Positions 11,610 to 21,000 of a DNA stretch of 64,000 bases are shown here, piece by piece. Position 1 is the stretch's first letter; each line of letters starts with the position of its first letter. The DNA is from an uncultured delta proteobacterium (GTDB lineage Bacteria > Desulfobacterota > Binatia > Binatales > Binataceae), in assembly GCA_963794325.1 (NCBI GenBank), contig CAWCDG010000004.1:320001-384000 (forward strand), written 5' to 3'. The notes beneath the pieces are model-generated. The model saw only the letters and a list, made by a program, of their open reading frames with translations, ran no database searches and had not been told where the DNA came from. A program made the translations under genes and the position numbers.

Positions 11610-12807
11610 ATGAACATCGCACTCGAGCCTGCCGCAGTGCGCGGATTTCGATTCGCTGGCGTCAGCGCGGGCCTGAAAACCAAGGCGGGCGCTCTCGATC
11701 TCGGGATCATCGCCGCTGATCGTCCGTGCGCCGCAGCCGCGGTATTCAGCGCGAATCGCGTGAAAGCCGCGCCTGTCTATGTGACGGCGGAACGCGTCAA
11801 GTCGGGACGCTTGCAGGCGGTGGTCGCGAACTCGGGATGCGCCAACAGCTTTACCGGCAAAGAAGGGATGCGGCTCGCGCGTGACTCGTGCGCGCACGTC
11901 GCGCAACTCCTCGGATGCGCACCGGAACTCGTCGTGCCATCGTCGACCGGCGTGATCGGCCATCTCTACGACTTCGAGAAATTCAGGGACGGAGCCGCCG
12001 AAGCTGTTCGATCGCTGCGCGACGACGGGCTCGCCGACTTTGCCTACGCGATCATGACGACCGACACGCGTCCCAAGACTGCGTCGACAACCTTCAAGGC
12101 GGGCGGCGCGACCATCACGCTCGCCGGCGCGGTGAAGGGTGTCGGCATGATCTCGCCGAAGATGGCGACGATGCTCGGCTACCTGGTTACGGATGCGAGG
12201 ATCGCGCCGACTCTCCTGAAAAAATCGCTCAAGTCCGCGCTGCCGGCGAGTTTTAACGCGATTACCGTTGACGGCGATATGTCGACCAACGATACGGTCA
12301 TCATCATGGGGAGCGGCGCGGCAGAGAATCGCGCATTCGGTGCGCGCGACCAACTCGTGTTCGATCGCGCGGTCGAGGAAGTCTCGGCGGCGCTCGCGCG
12401 CGAGCTGGTGCGTGACGGAGAGGGCGCGACCAAGCTCGTTACGGTCGAAGTGCGCGGCGCTCGCAGTCCCGCTGATGCCGAGCGCGCCGCCCGTCAAATC
12501 GCAAACTCGCCACTGGTGAAGACTGCGTTCTTCGGATGCGATCCGAATGTCGGCCGAATCCTGATGGCTGCCGGATCGTCGGGCGCGTACGTCGAGTCCG
12601 ACAAGCTGGTGTTGTGGATCGGCGGGGTGAAGGTCGCCGCGCACGGCCGTCTGCTGACGGATGCGCTGGCGGATGCAGGTGCCGCGATGAAATCACGCGA
12701 ATTCGAACGTGCGGCTCGACTTGCGATTGGGGAAATCCACCGCCACGATTCTGACTTGCGACCTGAGCTACGATTATGTGCGAATCAACGCGGAGTACAC
12801 GACCTGA
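11610..12807 (+). CDS. argJ: Ornithine acetyltransferase / N-acetylglutamate synthase ArgJ (frameshift near 12706)
   Basis: [37 protein letters not shown]. The canonical C-terminus [32 protein letters not shown] is in another frame and ends at 12807. Confidence 0.93.
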
Positions 12808-12822
12808 GGGAGGCAAAGCTGG

Positions 12823-13128
12823 ATGGCAAGCTTCATAAAAGTTGCGAAGGTGGCGGACGTGCCCGATGGCAGCGGCAAACTCGTCGAGGCCGGCGGCAAG
12901 CAGATCGCGTTGTTCAACGCGGGCGGGAAGTTCTTCGCGATCGACAATACGTGCAAGCATCGCGGCGGCCCGCTGGCCGAGGGCGAGCTCGACGGCACCA
13001 CGATTGTGTGCCCGTGGCACGGATGGGAGTACGACATCACGACCGGCGCGAACCTTGACGACGCAAGCGTCAAGCTCGGCTGTTATGCGGTGAAGGCCGA
13101 CGGCGACGATATTTTGATCGAGGCTTGA
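12823..13128 (+). CDS. Rieske [2Fe-2S] ferredoxin
   Basis: CKHRGGPL and CPWHGWEYD boxes. RBS GGGAGG. Confidence 0.93.
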   Translation: MASFIKVAKVADVPDGSGKLVEAGGKQIALFNAGGKFFAIDNTCKHRGGPLAEGELDGTTIVCPWHGWEYDITTGANLDDASVKLGCYAVKADGDDILIEA

Positions 13129-13145
13129 CGCGCCTTGCCTGAGAT

Positions 13146-13868
13146 TCAGCGTGCGGCAAACATGCGGCCCGCAAAATAAGTAGCGCCCGCGGCTGCAATC
13201 CCGACTAACATGCTCTCGAGACCGCTGCGCCACCACGAACGGCTGGTGATGATCGTCTTCAGCGCGCCGACGGCGAACAGCACCGCGACCGTCGAGATTG
13301 CGGAAACTTTGAGCGCTTCTCCCGGTTCGAAGAAGATGTACGCCCAGACGGGCACTGCCGCGCCTGACAAGTACGACAGCCCGACGGCGGCGGCGGAACG
13401 GATTGGGCTCTCGAACGATTCCTCGTTGAAGCCGAGCTCCTCGCGCATCATCACGTTGCTCCATCGGTCCGGGTCCGACGTGATGTGTGTGACGATCTGA
13501 TCGAGCAACTGTCCGGTGAATCCCTTGTTTCGATAGATGCTACTGATCTCTTCGCGTTCGCGATCCGGCCATCGGCGGATCTCCTCACGCTCGCGCTCTA
13601 TCTCGCTTTGATAAAACTCGATTTGCGAGCGCGCCGAGATGAACGCCGCCAGGCCCATCGCGACCGCACCGCCAACCATCTCGGAGAGTCCCGCCATCAT
13701 CGCGGCGTTGCCGGTGGCGAATGCGGCGGCGACGCCCGAGGTCACTGCGAAAGAGGCGACGAGGCCGTCGTTCAGCCCGAGCATCACATCGCGCACCCAG
13801 CTTCCGCCGGCGGCATGGACCTGCTCGGTGTGATGGTCGTACTCGCGTCTGGTAATCGAGAACGCCAC
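13146..13868 (-). CDS. VIT1/CCC1 iron/manganese transporter family protein
   Basis: VRDVMLGLNDGLV, GAVAMG, MMREELG motifs. Confidence 0.9.
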   Translation of the reverse strand: MAFSITRREYDHHTEQVHAAGGSWVRDVMLGLNDGLVASFAVTSGVAAAFATGNAAMMAGLSEMVGGAVAMGLAAFISARSQIEFYQSEIEREREEIRRWPDREREEISSIYRNKGFTGQLLDQIVTHITSDPDRWSNVMMREELGFNEESFESPIRSAAAVGLSYLSGAAVPVWAYIFFEPGEALKVSAISTVAVLFAVGALKTIITSRSWWRSGLESMLVGIAAAGATYFAGRMFAAR

Positions 13869-14692
13869 TACTCGGTTCCTCTGGCGAGCGGAGTTACGAC
13901 GCGTTCTGCGGCAGGCGTCGCAACGCGTTTGCGCCGATCGATCGATTCGCGGGCTGCTTTTACTTCGGCGACAATCTTGCGAGCGGCTGCGCGGTCCGGT
14001 TTGTGCCCCAAGTACGAATAGAGAAAATCCAGGCGCGCCGCACGACAGAGAAATCGCCCGATGCTGCGATCGAGATGCACTAGGTTCATGATTCTGCGCT
14101 TCGACGAGACGTTCGCGGCGCGGCGGAAATCCTCGAGGTCGATAAAATACACGTTAAACCCGTCCGACTCGTTGTCTTCGACCATGATGTTGGTCTCTTG
14201 CAGATCGCGTGTGTAGAGCCCGGACTCATGCAGGCGGCGGATTTGAGCGGCCACCGTGTCCGAGATTTGTTTGCGGCGATGCACGTTGCGTCCCTTGATT
14301 TCTCCGGGGCCGAGCATGAAGCGGCTCAGCGAGTCAGCGTTGATGAGCGCGCGGCTGACGAGATACGACGCTCGAATCGCGCCCGCCTGGTAGGAGTCCA
14401 TCGCGGCGAGCGGTTCCGGATGCGCCAGGCCGTGCGCTTTCAGCATCGCGGCGCCCGCGAGCGATCGCTTGGCGCGAGATCCTCGAAGTCGTGCGACGAT
14501 GCCACGACTCCAGGACGAGATCTCGACGCGCTTGATGAACGCGGGGCCCGCGCCGGGGACGTCGATGAAGCCTGCGCGCGTCCGCGCTTCAGACTTGAGC
14601 ACTCGGAAATTCGGCGACGCCATCAGCTCGTCGGCGCGCGCGATCAGATCGCGCCACTCGGGCGAGCGCGCATAGAGGACTACCGTGCGCAT
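13868..14692 (-). CDS. Lipopolysaccharide kinase (Kdo/WaaP/InaA) family protein
   Basis: FIKR, LHESGLYTRDLQETNIMV, FIDLED kinase-like motifs. Confidence 0.8.
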   Translation of the reverse strand: MRTVVLYARSPEWRDLIARADELMASPNFRVLKSEARTRAGFIDVPGAGPAFIKRVEISSWSRGIVARLRGSRAKRSLAGAAMLKAHGLAHPEPLAAMDSYQAGAIRASYLVSRALINADSLSRFMLGPGEIKGRNVHRRKQISDTVAAQIRRLHESGLYTRDLQETNIMVEDNESDGFNVYFIDLEDFRRAANVSSKRRIMNLVHLDRSIGRFLCRAARLDFLYSYLGHKPDRAAARKIVAEVKAARESIDRRKRVATPAAERVVTPLARGTE

Positions 14693-14761
14693 GCACGATT
14701 GAGCCTAGCCCTTTCACACGCCGTTGACATCGGGGCGCCGGCACGAGGGCGCAGTCAATCT

Positions 14762-15232
14762 CTATCGCGTCAAAGATGCCGGCTTCAGCCCTTCCTTGGG
14801 TTCGACGATCAACGACCCACCAATATGCGCGGGGTGCAACTGACATGAGAAGGGAAAAACTCCAGCCTTGTCGGCGACGAACGTGACCGTCTTGGGCTCG
14901 CCGCGCGTCACCACTTCGGTGATGTTGTAGGCGGGGATCGTAAAGCCGTGCTGATTGACCGCGCCGGGCACAAGGTTCTTGAGCGTGAGTTTCACTTTGT
15001 CGCCCTGCTCGACAGCGATCACGCTGGGCAGCCAGATCTTCGCGTCATCAACTTCGACCGAGACCATGGTGAAGCTCCGTGTGCCGGGTTCGTCCATCGC
15101 GGGCGCCGGCGATACCAATCCGGGCGCTGAGGGGGCTGCAGCCTGCGCCATCGCGACTCGAGTCGTGATCGGAAGCATTAGCGCCGCCACGGCCGCTACC
15201 AGAGCCATCGTTTTCAACATTGTCTTGTGCAT
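14762..15232 (-). CDS. Exported cupredoxin, nitrosocyanin-like
   Basis: Signal peptide, then QGDKVKL, HGFTI and FVADKAGVFPFSCQLHPAHIGG. Confidence 0.85.
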   Translation of the reverse strand: MHKTMLKTMALVAAVAALMLPITTRVAMAQAAAPSAPGLVSPAPAMDEPGTRSFTMVSVEVDDAKIWLPSVIAVEQGDKVKLTLKNLVPGAVNQHGFTIPAYNITEVVTRGEPKTVTFVADKAGVFPFSCQLHPAHIGGSLIVEPKEGLKPASLTR

Positions 15233-15288
15233 CGAAGTTTTCTCCTTGTTAACAGGTTCGTGAAAATCTATCACGACAATGGCGAAAC

Positions 15289-16308
15289 TCAGCCATTAAA
15301 CCGCTTCGCTAATTTTGCCCATTCGGCGTCGTCGGTGCCTGCGCGATACGGAATGTAAAACGCCACGCGGTCGAGCAGTCCGTCGTAGCGTTCTCTCACC
15401 TTGTCCGCGATGTCGTCGAAGGTGCCCGAGACGGTGTACACGTCGAGCATCTCGTCGGTGATTTCTTTGGCCATCGCGACCCATTCGCCCTTCGCAGCTT
15501 TCTCGTTGAGGCGTTGCGCAACGTCGCCCCATCCGTGCATATCGAGCACTATCTTGTATGTACGGGTCGAGGCGTAGAACGAGATCTGTTGGCGGACCGC
15601 TTCGCGCGTTTTCTTTATTTCGTCCTGGTTGCGTCCGACGATCACGAATGCGGTCGATTGGATTTCGAAGTCTTTGCGCGAGCGTCCCGCTTTCTGCAGA
15701 CCCTTCTCGACATTCGGCAGCACGTACTCGCGCAGGTACTTTGGCGAGTTGAAGGGATGTGCGTGCAAGCCTTCGCACAGCTCGCCGGCGAGCCGGATGA
15801 TATGTTCGTTCACGCCCGCGATGTGAATCGGCACGTTCGGGAAGTTGTGCCGGGCGGGAGTGAAGAACGGCGTCATCAGCGAGAAATTGTAGTACTTGCC
15901 CTGAAAGGAAAGTTTCGAGCCGCCCTCCGACCAGCATTTGAAAATCGCACGCAGCGATTGCAGGTACTCGCGCAGGCGCGGCACCGGCGCTTCCCATTTC
16001 GTGCTGTAGCGCCGTTCGATATGACCCTTCACCTGAGTGCCGAGGCCGAGGATGAAGCGGCCCTCGGAAAGTCCGGCGAGATCCCATGCGGTTGCGGCTG
16101 TGATCATTGGACTTCGCGGAAACGCAATCGCAACTGAGGTCCCCATTTTGATTCGCTTGGTGTGCTCGGCAATCAGTGCGGCGGGAAGGAAGCCGTCGTT
16201 GCCGGCTTCGGGAATCCAGATCGCATCGAATCCGGCGGCTTCGGCGGCACGCGCCGCAGCTGGGACATCGCGCAAATTGCGGGTCGAGAGACCGGTATCG
16301 AGCTTCAT
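15289..16308 (-). CDS. F420-dependent LLM class oxidoreductase (TIGR03617-like)
   Basis: IAFPRSPM, GRFILGLGTQVKGHIERRY, FYASTRTY. Confidence 0.88.
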   Translation of the reverse strand: MKLDTGLSTRNLRDVPAAARAAEAAGFDAIWIPEAGNDGFLPAALIAEHTKRIKMGTSVAIAFPRSPMITAATAWDLAGLSEGRFILGLGTQVKGHIERRYSTKWEAPVPRLREYLQSLRAIFKCWSEGGSKLSFQGKYYNFSLMTPFFTPARHNFPNVPIHIAGVNEHIIRLAGELCEGLHAHPFNSPKYLREYVLPNVEKGLQKAGRSRKDFEIQSTAFVIVGRNQDEIKKTREAVRQQISFYASTRTYKIVLDMHGWGDVAQRLNEKAAKGEWVAMAKEITDEMLDVYTVSGTFDDIADKVRERYDGLLDRVAFYIPYRAGTDDAEWAKLAKRFNG

Positions 16309-16393
16309 AGTTTTCGCTCCTGCGGGGATGGCCAAGATTCCTTCGGCGAGCGGGCGGGATCGTAACAAAGCTCGGGGCAAACTGGAAAGGGCG

Positions 16394-17206
16394 CTAGCGA
16401 AGCTTCAGGCGGCGGCGGACCACCTCGAGCGCGCGATTGGGGAAGTCGCTGATCAGACCGTCCACGCCCATGTCGAGCAGTTCAGACATCTCGGGCTCTT
16501 CATTCACGGTCCAGACGTGCACTTCGACGCCCATCCGATGCGCGAACGCGACGCTCTCCGGCGTGACGAGCTCCCACGATTCATGGCGATGCGGAATTTG
16601 GACTGCGTCGGCCGGTGGCTGGTAGTTGGCGTCGCGGGTTCCCATCGCTTGAATGAACATCCCCGATTCGAGGTACGAAAAGTTGGTCGGAATTTCGGGC
16701 GCCAGCTTTCGCACTTCGTCGAGAGGTTCCTGATGCTCGCTCGCGACCAGCACCATGCGGCGCATCGCTGCGCGATCGATAACGTCGAGCATCGGCGCGA
16801 CCACGCTCGGCGCAATTTGCTTAGCCTCGACGATCATCCGCAGTTTTGAGAACTCAGTGAGCACGTCCGCCAGCCGCGGCACTCTGATCCCCTTCCCTCT
16901 GAACGGAAAGGTCGCGCCGTCGAGCGTGAACATCCGTCCTGCGTCGGCGGTCGCCAGCTCGACGTAGGTCATGTCCGGGATCAAGCGATCGAGCCCGCAC
17001 ATCCGCTTGAGATGTTCATCGTGGGCCACGACGATTTCGCCGTCGCGCGTCATGTGGATGTCGAATTCGAGATACTGAGCGCCGCTTGCGACGGCGGCGC
17101 GAAATGATTCGAGTGTGTTTTCTGGATGGGTCCCGGCGGAGCCGCGATGCCCAAAGACGCGCGGCAGCGCGGGCCTGAAGAAATCGGTTTCAAGATTCTC
17201 GCGCAT
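16394..17206 (-). CDS. Glycerophosphodiester phosphodiesterase
   Basis: GHRGSAGTHPENTL, EFDIHMTRDG, HVWTVNE, GVDGLISDFP. Confidence 0.93.
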   Translation of the reverse strand: MRENLETDFFRPALPRVFGHRGSAGTHPENTLESFRAAVASGAQYLEFDIHMTRDGEIVVAHDEHLKRMCGLDRLIPDMTYVELATADAGRMFTLDGATFPFRGKGIRVPRLADVLTEFSKLRMIVEAKQIAPSVVAPMLDVIDRAAMRRMVLVASEHQEPLDEVRKLAPEIPTNFSYLESGMFIQAMGTRDANYQPPADAVQIPHRHESWELVTPESVAFAHRMGVEVHVWTVNEEPEMSELLDMGVDGLISDFPNRALEVVRRRLKLR

Positions 17207-17297
17207 TTCAGCTGCGACTGGTCGCAATCTCAGCCTTAACGCGGAAGTTGCTTACTAGCAATGGAGAAAAACTGAAGTGCGATAGACAGACGACAGA

Positions 17298-18761
17298 CTA
17301 GAGAGCGCCGGAGGGCTCCGAGGTATCGATGCTGCTGCTGGTGATTCCGCGGAGGTGCCGGGCCTTTCCCAAAGTGTGATCGATCGTCACGTGATACATA
17401 TCGCCGAACTTTGAGATAGCTGGTTTGCGCTCTGCGGTCGCGATGAAGTGGCTGCCGAGGTCGGGCAGCTCTGCGAGAGCGGACTCATACTGATCCTTGA
17501 TTTCGTCGAATATCGCCTTCATCCGGGGCGATACCTGATGATTCTCGCCGAGCTTCTCGGTCAGCGGATTGACCCATGTGCCATCTTTTTCCATCGCGAA
17601 GTGGAGATGCGGCCCGGTCGAAAGGCCGGTCGTACCGACATTTCCGATGAGCTGCCCCATATGGACGAGAGCACCAGGCTTAACTTCGGGACTAATCTTC
17701 GAGAGATGACCGTAGATGCTGACCAGATTGTGCTGATGCTGGATGCGGATGGCATTGCCGAGCTCGCCCTGCCATCCCGCGCTGATCACGGTGCCGTCAG
17801 CGACGGATTTAACCGGCTCGCCATACTTAGCGACCAGGTCAACGCCGACGTGCGGACGGTACTCATGGAGGATTGGATGATAGCGATGGAAAGTGAAGCC
17901 GGACGATATGTATTTGAAATTGAGCGGGAACTTCAGCGACTGCGGACCGAGCGCGTGGCCTTGTTCGTCATATAGATGCGGCCGGCCGTGCTCGTCCGAG
18001 AACGAAAACGCGGTCAGCGTGCGGCTGCCGAAGCGGATTTGCGCTGCCTGGACGTTGCCCGCGATTGTGTACGAGCCGTCGCGGCTGATTTTTTGATTGT
18101 AAATCAGCTTGACCGCGGAGCCCGGCGCGAGCCGATTCAGATCGTGGCGATCACAGAACGCGTCCTGTAGCGAGTCGACGATTGGCTTGGGGATCCCATG
18201 CTCCGCGGCGGCGCGCTGGAAGCTGTCTTTAACCGCAAAGGTCATCTTGATGGGGCGGATGTAATACTCGATCGGCCGAATCGCGGCCTTGAGCACGCCG
18301 GCGCCGAGGCTCGCCCCGATGACGGTGGTATTTTCGTCGAGATCGTACTTGATGCCGCGCATCTCGCCGGTCTCGGGGTCCTTATAGAGCGTCAGCGGAT
18401 GGCCGCTGTGAAAATAGCGATTCGCGATGATCCGCTGGATATACGACGCCCACTGATGCGCATCTTCCGACGCCATCCCTGCGTCGCGAAGGTAGCTTTC
18501 GATAGGCGCGGTGCGGTCGAGCATCGTGCTGATGGTGATCGAAGGCGGAGCGGGTTCGGCTGACTCTGCCTGCTCAACTACGTCGGGGCCGTCCGTGCCG
18601 GCGTCCAGTTGGGAGCTGAGCGAGTCGAGCGGAGAGGAAAAAGTCTGTGGATTTGCTTGGAAAAAAAGGAACAGCGCGGTGGTCGTCGCGATTAAGGCTA
18701 CGACCAAACCGATCAGCGCGCGTGGATATCCCGCGATGCTTCTCCCCCGAGCTGCCATCAT
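17298..18761 (-). CDS. M23 family metallo-endopeptidase (peptidoglycan DD-endopeptidase)
   Basis: HVGVD, YGHLS, GLSTGPHLHF and an N-terminal TM anchor. Confidence 0.93.
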   Translation of the reverse strand: MMAARGRSIAGYPRALIGLVVALIATTTALFLFFQANPQTFSSPLDSLSSQLDAGTDGPDVVEQAESAEPAPPSITISTMLDRTAPIESYLRDAGMASEDAHQWASYIQRIIANRYFHSGHPLTLYKDPETGEMRGIKYDLDENTTVIGASLGAGVLKAAIRPIEYYIRPIKMTFAVKDSFQRAAAEHGIPKPIVDSLQDAFCDRHDLNRLAPGSAVKLIYNQKISRDGSYTIAGNVQAAQIRFGSRTLTAFSFSDEHGRPHLYDEQGHALGPQSLKFPLNFKYISSGFTFHRYHPILHEYRPHVGVDLVAKYGEPVKSVADGTVISAGWQGELGNAIRIQHQHNLVSIYGHLSKISPEVKPGALVHMGQLIGNVGTTGLSTGPHLHFAMEKDGTWVNPLTEKLGENHQVSPRMKAIFDEIKDQYESALAELPDLGSHFIATAERKPAISKFGDMYHVTIDHTLGKARHLRGITSSSIDTSEPSGAL

Positions 18762-18929
18762 GATCGAAACTAGGTGATTCGGCTATCCAGCGCAACCCTA
18801 GCATGTCAGCGGCTTGCTGTTCTGGTTACCGCAGCGACACGAATTCACGCGTTTCCGGTTACCAAGGATACAAATCAGCGGACCCGCGAAGCGGCGTCGC
18901 TTTATGTCGCCTGATAAAGACATAGTGCA

Positions 18930-20060
18930 TCAGGGACAGTTGCGGGCCGCCCGATAGCCTTGCTGGTCTGCGGCTTCGCGGCTCGCAAACACGACACGAT
19001 TTTCGGGCGCCATCTTGTCGTAGGTGCCGCATCCGGGCCACGCGTAAATCCTGCTTCGTCGATTACCGACTATCTGGCCGACGAGATTGGTTTTCGTTGT
19101 CGAAGGAAGCTGGGCAACGACCGGATCCGGTGCGTGCGTCGCGTCGTTCGACGCAACCGGCTGGGTCCAGATTTCATTCAGCAGGCTGGCGAGCCTGAAT
19201 CCCGCTTTCGCAAGCTGATGGCCTGCGATCGTGTCGGCGTGGTCGAGATAAGCGGAGTCCAGCTCGAGGACATGGCCAAGAGGATTGATGCAGAGATCGG
19301 CAGTGGGTTGGCATGGCTCGATCGGGATCTGCAGGGCGCCGTAAATGTCGGTGCGCGCCACCTGATTCGATTCCCACGCAATCTGGTCGGCGGGAATCCA
19401 CGAATCAGCCTCCATCTCAGCCGCGTATGTTCGTTCCAACTTGTGGGCGGTGGTCTCGGGGCGTCCGGAATCGATGCTGTCCTCGAGACGGTGCACGACG
19501 GTGGTGTCCCAGACCGCGTGAAGCTCGTTTTCTCGATAATTCGAATCGACCTTCACACAGTTGCCACCACGATCGGCGTCGTTCGCGGCGTGGAGCGGCT
19601 GATGGATGTCACCGACAAAATGGATCAGGAACGCCAGGTCGCCGGCCGCGCCCCAGCGGTCGTACTTTCCGTCTTTGAGGCGCTTGGCGTATTCGTCGAT
19701 TTTCGCAGTGACGCAGTTTCCGCCGGGGCATCGCGCGGGAATGTCGGCTTGCCGGTCCTGCAGACAGATGTCGATGAAGTGCCACGGCGCGGTCATTTAT
19801 CCTGATCGCGAAACTCAGTGTCGGGACGGTTAGACGCCGCCTCCATCGCTTTTGCGATTGCTCTTTTGTCGGCTGATACGCCGAGGATGCTCGCCACATG
19901 ACTCTGCGCCGTCGGAACCAAGATGGTCCGCCGCAATGACCGCGACGATTTTGTGCCCGTCAGATCCCCAGGCCCACGCCGACACCGGGCAGAGAACGGC
20001 GATTGCGACAATGGCTACGGGAAGCGCCGATGAGTACGCGAATTGTCGCGGCACGTTCAA
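18930..20060 (-). CDS. Secreted S1/P1 nuclease with C-terminal Ada-metal-binding-like domain (two frameshifts, near 19920 and 19797)
   Basis: Signal peptide plus WGSDGHKIVA, PWHFID, FLIHFVGDIHQPLH, GGN, LHAVWD, spread over three frames. Tail GNRRSRIY..PGC..Y......NRVVF.S...A...GYRAARNC. Confidence 0.85.
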
Positions 20061-20488
20061 GCCGCGTGAGCCGCGCGGGGCTGTCGCAGATCGATGGTTA
20101 CCTGGATTTCGTCATAGGGCACGGTCGGCATTTGAGCCCTTCCCTTGCCGCCCTTCGCGCTCAACTTTACCAGACCCAGCCGTTCGAGCAGCGCGACGTC
20201 GGTACTGACGTTCTTGTAGTCACGATCAAGCAGGCTGGCGAGTTCGTTTACCGACGCCGGCCGATGGCGAGTGATCGCGAGCAGCAGTTCGAGTCGCTTC
20301 TCGGTAAGAATCTTTCGCAGCTCCGCGGCGGTTTCGAAATAGAGGCCGGCCTCTTCCGCCGCGCGGCCGCCGCGAACAACCCGCCGAAACGCATCGCGCA
20401 GCGCTTTGGATCGTTCAGCACTCGCGCGGACTCCGATATTAAGCCGCCGTGCGGTCATAGGTTGATCCATTATGGCATCCAATGCCAT
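20057..20488 (-). CDS. HVO_A0114-like HTH DNA-binding protein (antitoxin-like)
   Basis: LYFET..ELRKILTEKRLELL...PASVNELASLLDRDYKNVSTDVALLERLGLV...PTVPYDEI. Confidence 0.8.
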   Translation of the reverse strand: MALDAIMDQPMTARRLNIGVRASAERSKALRDAFRRVVRGGRAAEEAGLYFETAAELRKILTEKRLELLLAITRHRPASVNELASLLDRDYKNVSTDVALLERLGLVKLSAKGGKGRAQMPTVPYDEIQVTIDLRQPRAAHAA

Positions 20489-20548
20489 AGAAGCAAACTA
20501 GAATGAATCGGCACTTTCAACTGAGCGCAGCTCAAATAGACTGATCCA

Positions 20549-20983
20549 ATGGCAATAGCTGCACTTGATCTCGGTCGCCGGCGGATTGGGGTTGCCGTCA
20601 CTGATGCGGCCGCGATGGGGGCGCATCCGATCGGCGTTGTCGAGCGGCGGGCGCTCAAGCATGACCTTGACGCGATCGCGGCGATGCTGCGGGATCGTCA
20701 GGTCAGCACGATCGTCGTCGGGTTGCCGCTCAATATGGACGGTAGCGAAGGTCCGGCTGCGCGCGGGGCGAAGAACTTTGCTGAACGGCTGGCGGAGGGG
20801 CTCGGCGTCACTGTCGAGATGTTCGACGAGCGGCTGACCAGCTTCGAAGCGCGCGAGCGTCTAGCGGACATGCCGGCGCGCAAAGGCACACGCAAGACCG
20901 GCCTCGACGCGCTCGCGGCGGTCGTTATCCTCGAAGGCTGGATGCAAGCGCATCCGGATAAAATCCCGAACACTCGCAGTTAG
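20549..20983 (+). CDS. ruvX: YqgF/RuvX (pre-16S rRNA nuclease / Holliday junction resolvase-like)
   Basis: ALDLGRRRIGVAVTD, VVGLPLNMDGSEG, DERLTS, DALAAVVILE. Confidence 0.95.
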   Translation: MAIAALDLGRRRIGVAVTDAAAMGAHPIGVVERRALKHDLDAIAAMLRDRQVSTIVVGLPLNMDGSEGPAARGAKNFAERLAEGLGVTVEMFDERLTSFEARERLADMPARKGTRKTGLDALAAVVILEGWMQAHPDKIPNTRS

Positions 20984-21000
20984 CCGCTCGCACTCGCCGG

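Noticed and set aside
18780-18930. Possible riboswitch upstream of the M23 peptidase (GGTTACC twice, short hairpins)
   Set aside because: I could not recognise the c-di-AMP or any other riboswitch consensus by eye. An Rfam scan would be needed.
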